Source: an uncultured Candidatus Saccharibacteria bacterium (GTDB taxonomy: Bacteria; Patescibacteriota; WWE3; UBA101185; UBA10185). Taken from it: 29,034 nucleotides of DNA. The position numbers were made by a program, and so were the translations under genes. This document shows, in pieces, positions 8,001 through 16,435 of the stretch (position 1 is its first letter; each line of letters starts with the position of its first letter). Below the pieces are notes generated by a model. It searched no databases and was not told the DNA's origin. It saw only the letters and a list, made by a program, of their open reading frames with translations. The stretch is taken from contig CAZEAL010000186.1 of assembly GCA_964510265.1 (NCBI GenBank), forward strand, positions 1 through 29,034. The letters are read 5' to 3'.

Positions 8001-9377
8001 TTATCTCTTCCCACCAGGTTTTTTCGGCTCGCCCATTACCCAACCATCAACATAATGAGGCATTTTTGTAGCGAGGTAGAATCCGTAAATCAACATTACA
8101 GGAGCGAAAGCAATACCAAATAAGGTATATCCTAATGCTTGAAGCCCTTGAGAAAACACTGAAAGGATCATTGAAGTAACAAATTGAATTGTTATGCCGA
8201 TCATTCCCCAAACGGCCGGAATTGAGAGCCCATAAGCTATCATTTGTTTAAACCAATTTGTCATGCTGGTCTCATTTCCTGGGACGGCACTTAGAGCAAA
8301 AACTATAGGCGCACCTATTATGGATATTATCATTTTAAAATATATCTGAAGAATCTTTAAGAAAGCAATTATAAATAATATTAAGCAAATCACTGCTGTA
8401 ATTATTAGAACGGGAATAAGAAAAACGCCGGGTCCTACAACCGCAATTCCATGACCGATCAATAATATTATAACTCCGCCAATTCCCCCTCCTAATAAAC
8501 TTGTACCACCACTGCCGCCTGTTCCTGTCCCCCAATTTATCTTGGAAATAAAGTCATGAAATGAGAATCCCATAGTCCATCCCATAGAGGCAATAGCAGC
8601 TCCAATAGGATAACTGAAAGCTATTAAAATAACTGCCAGAACCACTCTCGGCAACGCGGTTTGGGCTGTAACATAAACCTGAGGATTGAGCTTTTTTCTG
8701 CTCATTATCATTATTCCAATCACAACCATGACCGCAGACAAAATCCCGAAAGCGAAATTCCTCGTAACTTTCCAAATACCCAAAATCAGATCTAAAAACG
8801 GACCTGAATAGCGCGACTCGGCAGCTAAAGCTTTACCAAAAAACGGAACTTTGGAAACAGAATCATTCCAAAATAAGGCTAGGTTAACCGGTACAGGTTC
8901 ATTTATAACAATTCCTTGTATAAAGTTAGCTACACCTAAAAGACTGCCGGACACATTATTTCGTGAATACCCCTCGACATCATATACTAGTGAACCATTA
9001 CTTGTAGTTTGCGGGCTTGGGACTTGGTTAACAGTTTCGCATTTAGCCTTCTCAATGCCTTCGCAAGTTATATCCGTTTTACCCGCATCATTCATAAAAA
9101 CAGCCGCACACTTTCCTACGGAATTCGTATCAAGACCTGTTGTAAGAGTCGTCGGCCCGCCGCTAAGACCATAAATCATAATGCTGCCTGTAGTTCTCCT
9201 AAGATCCAATGCAGGATACGCATTTACAAATTTGTCCCACAATATTTCTTCAGTCTGGCACAAAGCCGGCTGATTCGGGTCTAATGCATAAACTTCCGAT
9301 TGAGAAACTACAGCTAATGTTGATAAAAGTACAAATACGAAGGAAAATAATACAAGCTTTTTAAAATATCTCCTCAT
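8001..9377 (-). CDS. VirB6/TrbL-like polytopic membrane protein of the CPR pilin locus
   Basis: Signal peptide ending EVYA, a Cys-containing extracellular domain, then about 7-8 TM helices with IWKVTRNFAF...IGIMIMSRKKLNPQ...ALPRVVLAVILIAFSYPI. Family assignment rests on architecture and context. ATG 9377 preferred over TTG 9413. Confidence 0.55.
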   Translation of the reverse strand: MRRYFKKLVLFSFVFVLLSTLAVVSQSEVYALDPNQPALCQTEEILWDKFVNAYPALDLRRTTGSIMIYGLSGGPTTLTTGLDTNSVGKCAAVFMNDAGKTDITCEGIEKAKCETVNQVPSPQTTSNGSLVYDVEGYSRNNVSGSLLGVANFIQGIVINEPVPVNLALFWNDSVSKVPFFGKALAAESRYSGPFLDLILGIWKVTRNFAFGILSAVMVVIGIMIMSRKKLNPQVYVTAQTALPRVVLAVILIAFSYPIGAAIASMGWTMGFSFHDFISKINWGTGTGGSGGTSLLGGGIGGVIILLIGHGIAVVGPGVFLIPVLIITAVICLILFIIAFLKILQIYFKMIISIIGAPIVFALSAVPGNETSMTNWFKQMIAYGLSIPAVWGMIGITIQFVTSMILSVFSQGLQALGYTLFGIAFAPVMLIYGFYLATKMPHYVDGWVMGEPKKPGGKR

Positions 9378-9517
9378 GATCAATATTTTTCCATAAAGTT
9401 GAAAAAAGCACAAGAGGGTGGTTTCCAGCCCAGAAATAGGCCGTCGGGTTACTTTTTTCAGAATTGAATTTTATTTCAATCCTTATTTCCATATATACAT
9501 AATTGCGGTACTTGCTA

Positions 9518-9523
9518 TAAAAT
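9518..9523 (+). promoter_or_regulatory. -10 box TAAAAT, 7 nt before ATG 9531
   Basis: TAAAAT-aaggtat-ATG. Confidence 0.45.
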
Positions 9524-9530
9524 AAGGTAT

Positions 9531-12500
9531 ATGAGTCCACTAATAGGATTTCAAGGTCAATATCCCGGAGGTCCGATAAGAAGAAAACCGACAGGAGGAC
9601 AAAACTTTCTACAACCGAGAGAATTTAAATTTATCGGAAATGATATTGGAGGATATATTGACAACTATTTAAACCAATTAAATGTACCGGAACTTCCTTT
9701 AACACCTTGGTGGGTAAAAAGCAAAATCGTAGCTGATTTAGAAAGGGAACTATTTAAAGCGCAGGCAAATCCCACCGGTGACTTTTCCACTACCCAAATG
9801 GAAGAATTCGGCGGTGAAGAAGCAGAGGCAGGAATGCAGGGTACATTTGGAATAGATGTAACTTTAGACCCGAGAAAATGGGCTTCGGACCCAACTGGTA
9901 CAGCAAGAAAAACAATTGAGGGCTGGTGGAAAGCTGCTTCGGATCCACAAGATATAGAACAAAGATATTACACTACATTGTGGGAATCAATAACAGGAAA
10001 TGTAAACGGAGGAGCTGCCACAGGTACTTCCGGAACCGGAGCAATAGCTACCTGGGACCGTCTTGTTGAAAGAACAAGGCAGATGGCAGAAGAATCGCTA
10101 CAACAAAAACCAGTTGTTAGAGCTTCTAAAGCCTTAGGATTAGAAATAGATAAGCTAAGAGACCCATCTATAAAAGGGGGCGACCCGAATCCTCTTCATC
10201 TAACTAATCTAGGAATTACAAGGGAAGCTGAAGAAAGAGCCGCAATTACAGCAGGAGGAATCACCACGGTAAAAGTTAAAGAAGATGTTTATGACGAATA
10301 CAGAAAAGAGTTGATTGCCTGGAAAAGAGTCAGTGGAGGCTTTGTTTCCAGAGACCCTCAATATGATGCGGTAATGCAAAAAGGGCTGGCCGCCATTTCG
10401 GCCGATCTCGATTTTCAAATAAACCAAAACTATGGCACAAACTTGGATGCTTTCTTAAGAGATCACATCGATCCTAAAATTTTATCTGGACCCGGGGGTT
10501 TGGACGCCTATAACGATATAAGAGATGGAATTCAAAGCTTTCAGTCAAGGGTAAACCTTGTAGAAGCTATAGGTGATGCCGAATCCGTGGCCACTAAAAG
10601 AGTTTCATCATCTATGGCTAAATTCATGCAGGAAGGCGGTGGGGCTGTAAATGCAACTACACTAAAAGCAGAAAATATAGAGGCGATAGAAAAAAGTTTC
10701 GGCAACTATCAAAAGCAATTAGACACCGTTAGGACACAAATAGATGACATAAGGAAAAGCAAACTGTTAAAAGGTGATGATTTAGATAAATTTAACGGAT
10801 TAATGGAGGGGTATGAAAGAACAATAGCTGAACTTGACTCAATGGATATAAACGGTTTGATAACCGGGCTTAATACTTCAAACCGTGTAGCGGCTGAAGC
10901 AGCAGCAGCGGATTTCATGGGTAGATTTAACAGCATTAGAAACGGCGGACTGACGGGAAGAGGAATTACTCGCGGTGATGTAATTCATTCCAGCGTTCAA
11001 AGGTCGTTGATGCAAAACCTTTTTGAAGATGATTTATTGATGGGCAGCGTTCAAAGCGGCGCTGGCATAAACAAAATAGGAAGAGTCATTAATTCTCTCG
11101 ATCAGAGTGCAAATTTTAGAATGAAAAGAATAATGCTCACCGGAGTAGACGTGAGTATTGATCGTATAGACAACCTGGCGGAAGAAATTCTCGTAAACTT
11201 TGAAAAGGGAAATTTGAACCAATACTTATGGTCACGTATTAGAAAAAGAATCGAAGGATACACACCGGCATTCTATTCGAGCACTTTCATGAAAAAATGC
11301 CATTATTTTGGATTGGCCGTCGACGTATCTTCAGCACCGGTTCAAGGTTACAAATGGGCAGATAAATTATTTAAAAATAGATTTACCGAACATAGATTTG
11401 ATCTGGAACTAAAGGGAATTACAGGTGGTGACCTGTTTTTAAAAGGAGTACAGGGCGGAGGTCACCTTACAGCCGCGGGTAAGCTTTATTCTTCCTGGGT
11501 TGGAAGCAAAAACATAAATGACCAGGCTCTGGCGTTAATGCTAAACTACGATAATTTTCTATATAAGGGCACAATTAAAAAATTCGGATCTCTCGCGGAA
11601 GCTATACAAGACCACGATTTCGCGAACGAACTTTACAGATTAAACGGAGACAGACAGGTAATACTTCCGGTAAATAAAAAAGGTATAGACAATTTTAGTG
11701 ATGACCTTAAAAAATTCAAAACTTGGATGAGTTCAACTTTTGCCAGTAAAGGTCGTGTAGAAGATGCTTCAGGACAGCTGGAAATGGTAAGACAGCTAGG
11801 TAAATACAATGCCAGTTTTGATACATATAAAATTGCACAGTCACACATAGGTCTCATTCAGAAACTCGCAGTTAAATTAAATCTGCTCCAAACGTGGGTA
11901 ATTAAAAAAGTCGGTAGAATACTTGCACCCATCTCGTATATAAAAATCGCCGTTCAGGAAGCTATTGCCAGCGCTTTATACGCAACTTTTGTGGGGGCAA
12001 CAGGAGGGCTTGGTGCTGCCGCATATCCTGTGAGAGTAGTTTTCCAATTTGTTGCCAGAAAAATTACCAATACACTGGAGTCCTTTGGCAAAGCTATAAT
12101 AAAAATGGATTTATCAGGTTTCAAAAAACAAATAGACAGTTTTTTTACAGCAGCCAATAAAGCTATTTCTACAATATTTCTAACAGCATGTGGATGCTGT
12201 TTAGGACCTTTAATGTTAGTTTCATTAATAATAACCGGCGTATTTGTCGGAGCCACTCCTCCCACAAGTCCTGCCAGAACCGATATTATTACTTATGCTC
12301 CCGCACCAATGGCTACTACTGCACAACCCTCATTGTCTACGATAGGTTCTTGCCCAATAAGCGGGGGACAAAACTCATGCACTTCATACCCGGTCTGCCA
12401 CGGAAATGATGCATATTGGAGCAATCAAGGACTGGTATGTACTTACACCATCCCGTACCTTGCAAAACCTGTCGGAGGAGGCTGCCCGGATACCGGGTCA

Positions 12501-12929
12501 GCAGCTTGCGGACCGAGTACAGTGTTATCAGGACAAACAAGGTGTACAGGAGCCACACCTCTACAATCATATTACGGATATGCCCAAGATATAAGAGGAG
12601 GTGACGGAACAGTTTATTTACCCAGACTTGGTACGGTGGAAACCTGGTATATTAACAGCACATTTTCAATATTTAAGGGATCAAGAGGATACGGTGCTAT
12701 TCTGTCCGCAACCGACACAACCCCCTCTCCTCCTGACAACACGGTTAAGACATATAAAGTGTATATGGGACACATGGACCAGTTCTGGTTGCAAGCCGGA
12801 GATACTGGAGAACCCGGAGACGGGATCGCCCGATTATATTCTGGAGGTACCTGGAGTCCCCATGTACACATGGAACTAATGATAAACGGTGTCCCAAGCA
12901 GACCGGAAGATACATTCTCGTGCCCATAA
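9531..12929 (+). CDS. 1132-aa membrane-anchored protein with a C-terminal M23-like (LytM-fold) metallopeptidase domain
   Basis: C-terminal motifs YMGHMD, GDTGEPGDGIA and SPHVHMEL (HxH) plus AQDI. About 800-aa helical N-terminal region with no signal peptide, hydrophobic helices at about residues 815-905, then a P/T linker. Confidence 0.7.
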   Translation: MSPLIGFQGQYPGGPIRRKPTGGQNFLQPREFKFIGNDIGGYIDNYLNQLNVPELPLTPWWVKSKIVADLERELFKAQANPTGDFSTTQMEEFGGEEAEAGMQGTFGIDVTLDPRKWASDPTGTARKTIEGWWKAASDPQDIEQRYYTTLWESITGNVNGGAATGTSGTGAIATWDRLVERTRQMAEESLQQKPVVRASKALGLEIDKLRDPSIKGGDPNPLHLTNLGITREAEERAAITAGGITTVKVKEDVYDEYRKELIAWKRVSGGFVSRDPQYDAVMQKGLAAISADLDFQINQNYGTNLDAFLRDHIDPKILSGPGGLDAYNDIRDGIQSFQSRVNLVEAIGDAESVATKRVSSSMAKFMQEGGGAVNATTLKAENIEAIEKSFGNYQKQLDTVRTQIDDIRKSKLLKGDDLDKFNGLMEGYERTIAELDSMDINGLITGLNTSNRVAAEAAAADFMGRFNSIRNGGLTGRGITRGDVIHSSVQRSLMQNLFEDDLLMGSVQSGAGINKIGRVINSLDQSANFRMKRIMLTGVDVSIDRIDNLAEEILVNFEKGNLNQYLWSRIRKRIEGYTPAFYSSTFMKKCHYFGLAVDVSSAPVQGYKWADKLFKNRFTEHRFDLELKGITGGDLFLKGVQGGGHLTAAGKLYSSWVGSKNINDQALALMLNYDNFLYKGTIKKFGSLAEAIQDHDFANELYRLNGDRQVILPVNKKGIDNFSDDLKKFKTWMSSTFASKGRVEDASGQLEMVRQLGKYNASFDTYKIAQSHIGLIQKLAVKLNLLQTWVIKKVGRILAPISYIKIAVQEAIASALYATFVGATGGLGAAAYPVRVVFQFVARKITNTLESFGKAIIKMDLSGFKKQIDSFFTAANKAISTIFLTACGCCLGPLMLVSLIITGVFVGATPPTSPARTDIITYAPAPMATTAQPSLSTIGSCPISGGQNSCTSYPVCHGNDAYWSNQGLVCTYTIPYLAKPVGGGCPDTGSAACGPSTVLSGQTRCTGATPLQSYYGYAQDIRGGDGTVYLPRLGTVETWYINSTFSIFKGSRGYGAILSATDTTPSPPDNTVKTYKVYMGHMDQFWLQAGDTGEPGDGIARLYSGGTWSPHVHMELMINGVPSRPEDTFSCP

Positions 12930-12962
12930 CTTCAGAGTTCTGCTAAGATAGGAACTAATACT

Positions 12963-13493
12963 ATGCTTAACAAATTAAAAGAAATATATAATAAACACAG
13001 AGTTTTGATTATATCAGTTGCTATTATAATTTTGGTAGCCGGCATTAGCTTTATTCTTTCCGAATTAGCCACAAAAGAACCAGGTACCGGTTTGGCACCG
13101 GTAATAACAAAAATAGAAGAGGAAGAACAAAAACCGAAATTTCCATTCAATTTAGTTGAAGCTTCCCCACCTTCCGGAGACAGAAGAACTTTTGATTTTG
13201 CAGAATATATATATTTCAAGTTTAGTGCTCCTATTGATATCAATACTATAAACGTAATAGTAACTCCGCTGGTAAATGTAAAACCGCTTGTCAACCAAAC
13301 TGACCCTTACACTCTGATTCTAATTCCGAACAACGGCGCCACTTGGATACCTAATAGAAGATATACCATTACTATTGAATCATCCTTAACTTCAATTGAT
13401 GGAATAAGCTTATCTAAAGATATAACGTATAAGTACTATAACAATCCTCCTGAAACCTTAGAATTTGGTGAGGGAGATGCACATTTAAGATAA
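12963..13493 (+). CDS. Membrane-anchored Ig-like (Big_5/SbsA-type) domain protein
   Basis: N-terminal TM anchor; IYFKFSAPID...TLILIP..W.PNRRYTITIESSLTSIDGISL matches the Big_5 pattern. Confidence 0.7.
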   Translation: MLNKLKEIYNKHRVLIISVAIIILVAGISFILSELATKEPGTGLAPVITKIEEEEQKPKFPFNLVEASPPSGDRRTFDFAEYIYFKFSAPIDINTINVIVTPLVNVKPLVNQTDPYTLILIPNNGATWIPNRRYTITIESSLTSIDGISLSKDITYKYYNNPPETLEFGEGDAHLR

Positions 13494-13505
13494 TGCCTAG
13501 GAATA

Positions 13506-13970
13506 TTAAGGATTTGTAATTACTGGTCCCCCGGTTCCGCTGGTTTCGGTGAAAAATTTCTTAATCTCTTCCATTATTTTTTCAAAAGCATCACCTGGAC
13601 TTTGATAATCAGTAATTCCAAGTATATTCAAAATTATTAAAATTATGGCAAAAAATCCCAATACAATAGCCAGACCTGCTATCGCATGAGTCCAAGTTTG
13701 CTGGCTTAATTGTAATCCCTTTGGATCCCCCCAGGATGTGGCGATCTTAATCGCTCCATATAAACCCATAATCACAAATACCGCACCAACAATCAAAATC
13801 ATCAAATTTAAAATTCTGGCAAAAGGACAGACAATTTGAGTGATATTTGGAGCTGCTGCATTTTCTCCGGTGACTGGTATATCACAATCAAGAGCAAATG
13901 CCGCTTTATAAAAAAACAAAGTAGTAATCAAAATTATAAGCGATATTAACTTTTTATTAAACATGGTCAT
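13506..13970 (-). CDS. T4SS-type pilin (TrbC/VirB2-like, PF18895-like) with a canonical signal peptide
   Basis: Signal peptide ending AAFA; two TM helices flank TSWGDPKGLQLSQQTWTHAIAG. Start is uncertain (13976, 13970 or 13964). Confidence 0.65.
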   Translation of the reverse strand: MTMFNKKLISLIILITTLFFYKAAFALDCDIPVTGENAAAPNITQIVCPFARILNLMILIVGAVFVIMGLYGAIKIATSWGDPKGLQLSQQTWTHAIAGLAIVLGFFAIILIILNILGITDYQSPGDAFEKIMEEIKKFFTETSGTGGPVITNP

Positions 13971-14001
13971 ATCCAAAACAATTATAGACTAACCAACTAA
14001 A

Positions 14002-14316
14002 CTATAAATTAGGCACAGCGTTAGTAATATTGGGATTTGTTACCCCCAGCAATGACACTAAAGCATTCTTTATAACAAATATTCCCAAAGTAACCATTCC
14101 GGTTATAGCTCCCCACAAAAATCCCTGCCACGCTTTACTGGCATTTTTGGGATCTCCGGAACTATTCACATATAAAATACCCGCATAAGCAATACTAATT
14201 AGAGAAATAGAAAAACTTACTCCTAGCATTATATTAAGAATCAAACCTAATATGGCGCTTACCGAGGTCTTATCTCCTAAGGTATTACTTATTGAGTTGG
14301 GAATTAAATCAAACAT
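14002..14316 (-). CDS. T4SS-type pilin (TrbC/VirB2-like), no evident signal peptide
   Basis: TM-GILYVNSSGDPKNASKAWQGFLWGAITG-TM. ATG 14316 preferred over TTG 14334. Confidence 0.7.
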   Translation of the reverse strand: MFDLIPNSISNTLGDKTSVSAILGLILNIMLGVSFSISLISIAYAGILYVNSSGDPKNASKAWQGFLWGAITGMVTLGIFVIKNALVSLLGVTNPNITNAVPNL

Positions 14317-14378
14317 ACACTTTAAATTTATCAAAAAATGAGAACAAAATCCATTGAGAAGTTAAAAAACGGGAAGAT

Positions 14379-14714
14379 TTAGAAATCCGTAACCCCGTTA
14401 ACACCCGTCCACGTTCCACCGATCATTCTGGGAATTATTACTCTAATAGTAGTAAAAGCAAACATTATAAATGCTCCTATACCGCAGTATAAAAGCCAAG
14501 CGTGCGCGGTATTGGTTTCTTTCGGATCCCCCTTTGAAGTTATGTATTTTATCATTGCCAAAGTCGACGCAACAAAAACCAGAGCCCACCCTACTCCCAG
14601 CAGAATATTTGTAAAAACGCCAAAAACATCGGCAAGACTGTTTATTCCGCCACCGAGGGGATCTTCTATATTCGGATCTATAGGAGCCGCGTAAACTTTT
14701 TCGAGTAATGACAT
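14379..14714 (-). CDS. T4SS-type pilin (TrbC/VirB2-like), paralog of 14801-15139
   Basis: NILLGVGWALVFV...KYITSKGDPKETNTAHAWL; leader MSLLEKVYA. Confidence 0.7.
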   Translation of the reverse strand: MSLLEKVYAAPIDPNIEDPLGGGINSLADVFGVFTNILLGVGWALVFVASTLAMIKYITSKGDPKETNTAHAWLLYCGIGAFIMFAFTTIRVIIPRMIGGTWTGVNGVTDF

Positions 14715-14721
14715 AGATATT

Positions 14722-14727
14722 ATTGTA
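14722..14727 (-). promoter_or_regulatory. -10 box TACAAT, 7 nt before ATG 14714
   Basis: Minus strand reads TACAAT-aatatct-ATG. Confidence 0.45.
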
Positions 14728-14753
14728 CTCCTCCGAGTTTTATCCGGAGGAGT
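14727..14753. repeat. Perfect 9-bp inverted repeat ACTCCTCCG-N9-CGGAGGAGT between two pilin genes
   Basis: Seen directly; the arms are SD and anti-SD sequences. Confidence 0.8.
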
Positions 14754-14800
14754 TAATTTTCATCACCTAAAAATACTGATCTGGTCACTTTCTAAATATA

Positions 14801-15139
14801 TTAGTCAAATATATTGATCTGATTATTTCCTATCTGGTTGTTTGAACCTAACCCTACTAAGTTAAATAATATCACTCTTAAAGTTGTTAAGAAGAACAAT
14901 CCTATACCACCAATTGCCGCTGCGGTAAGCCACTGTCTTGCGGCGTCAGTTGCTTTAGCCTCACCTTTAGACATAATGTATTGAACCAAACCCAAAGCCA
15001 ACATCACAAAAACCAAAGCCCAGCCCACACCCAGTATAATGTTTACAACCATTCCAAATATATCTCCTAAGTTGTTTACGCCCGGAATTATCGGAACACT
15101 CACATTTGTTTGAGCGAATACGTCTTGAACTAATGACAT
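14801..15139 (-). CDS. T4SS-type pilin (TrbC/VirB2-like), candidate major subunit
   Basis: NIILGVGWALVFV...QYIMSKGEAKATDAARQWL; strong SD AAGGAGGT upstream; leader MSLVQDVFA. Confidence 0.7.
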   Translation of the reverse strand: MSLVQDVFAQTNVSVPIIPGVNNLGDIFGMVVNIILGVGWALVFVMLALGLVQYIMSKGEAKATDAARQWLTAAAIGGIGLFFLTTLRVILFNLVGLGSNNQIGNNQINIFD

Positions 15140-15170
15140 TATACTTACACCTCCTTCTAATTATTAAACA

Positions 15171-16358
15171 TTAAATATCTGCACCTAGCAATGAAGATAT
15201 TATAACCCTCAAAATAACTGCAGACAATAAAACAAATAACAAACCTATAACCGCTGAGGTTAAATCTTCTTTTGCTTCCATCACTTTTGTGGGATTTCCT
15301 TCGCTAGTCATTATTGCATATCCCGACTTAATTACCATAAATGCTCCAAATGCGATACCGACCGGAAACAGAATTCTATATAACACTCTTATTATCTCCT
15401 CTAAGTTCAAAATTGGACCCGAATATTCAATTGGTGGGGGAATTCCCCAATCAAAAGTGTCACCGCCGCATTGATACCTACCTCCTATGGTTGCAACACA
15501 ATTAACAGTATTACCCACACTGTCATTGCAGCAAGTTGTATCACCTGCTCCGCCACATATATTTCCCCACGATTTGCAGGTACCGGAGGTTTTCCTTTGA
15601 CAGAGAGATCCTCCAGGAGCGGAATACATATACCTGCATTCAACTGAACCTGTTACACAACAAGGTTTGCCCCAAGAGCTGCTACAATCCTCACCGATAT
15701 CGGAACACTCTCCTGCAACCCTGGTTATACAAGTTCTGGTACCCGTAGTACACCCGCCGGAGCAGCAATCTCCACAAGAACCGCCTACAGCTTCAACATT
15801 AGTGCCATCCGTTATACAAGCACAAATTCCTCCATCACAAAAATAAGATTGACACTCCGACCCAGTTGAACACGCTGTACCATTAGGGTTTCTCTGCGGG
15901 TCGCACTGAGCCAATTGAAGAGTTATTGAATCCGTCATTATATATCTACCGCCTAATGCACCGGGACTAATAACCGTACCACTAACAAATACAATCCCCG
16001 TAGGTGCTCTACTAAAAGGAATAAATAAAGTTTTTTCAAAACTATCCCCAGCAAGTGGCGACAGAGTACATGTATAATCTGATTCAGTTCCACTCACATT
16101 ACCTAAAACAGTGCCAGCATCTACAGCAGATATAGAATATTGAATACCTTGACCCGCGCTCTCTCCGGGACCGGAGGCCTGCAAATTAATCGTTACACCA
16201 CCTACCGTACAACCGGCTCCGGTAATACTTAGATTAAAAGTGTCAATAGGACACGCATATACTTCTTTTTTTAATAAAAACGGCAAAACCAATAAAACTA
16301 CAAGTACCAAAAATGCTTTATAAATCTTAAATTCTTTTAATAAATACTTAAAAAACAC
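15171..16358 (-). CDS. Pilin-domain fusion: signal peptide, beta-rich domain, Cys-rich repeats, C-terminal T4SS pilin domain
   Basis: Signal ending EVYA; 22 Cys in residues 163-297; C-terminal TM-GYAIMTSEGNPTKVMEAKEDLTSAVIG-TM. GTG start. Confidence 0.75.
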   Translation of the reverse strand: MFFKYLLKEFKIYKAFLVLVVLLVLPFLLKKEVYACPIDTFNLSITGAGCTVGGVTINLQASGPGESAGQGIQYSISAVDAGTVLGNVSGTESDYTCTLSPLAGDSFEKTLFIPFSRAPTGIVFVSGTVISPGALGGRYIMTDSITLQLAQCDPQRNPNGTACSTGSECQSYFCDGGICACITDGTNVEAVGGSCGDCCSGGCTTGTRTCITRVAGECSDIGEDCSSSWGKPCCVTGSVECRYMYSAPGGSLCQRKTSGTCKSWGNICGGAGDTTCCNDSVGNTVNCVATIGGRYQCGGDTFDWGIPPPIEYSGPILNLEEIIRVLYRILFPVGIAFGAFMVIKSGYAIMTSEGNPTKVMEAKEDLTSAVIGLLFVLLSAVILRVIISSLLGADI

Positions 16359-16423
16359 TATGTAATAAATATAACATGCATAGATTATTTGTGAAGCTAT
16401 GAAACCACCTTAAACAAATACGA

Positions 16424-16429
16424 TATAAT
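16424..16429 (+). promoter_or_regulatory. -10 box TATAAT, 6 nt before ATG 16436
   Basis: TATAAT-aagcac-ATG. Confidence 0.65.
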
Positions 16430-16435
16430 AAGCAC

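Noticed and set aside
12182-12201. 8-bp inverted repeat AACAGCAT-N4-ATGCTGTT
   Set aside because: It lies inside a CDS (codons for TACGCC), occurs once, and has no regulatory context.
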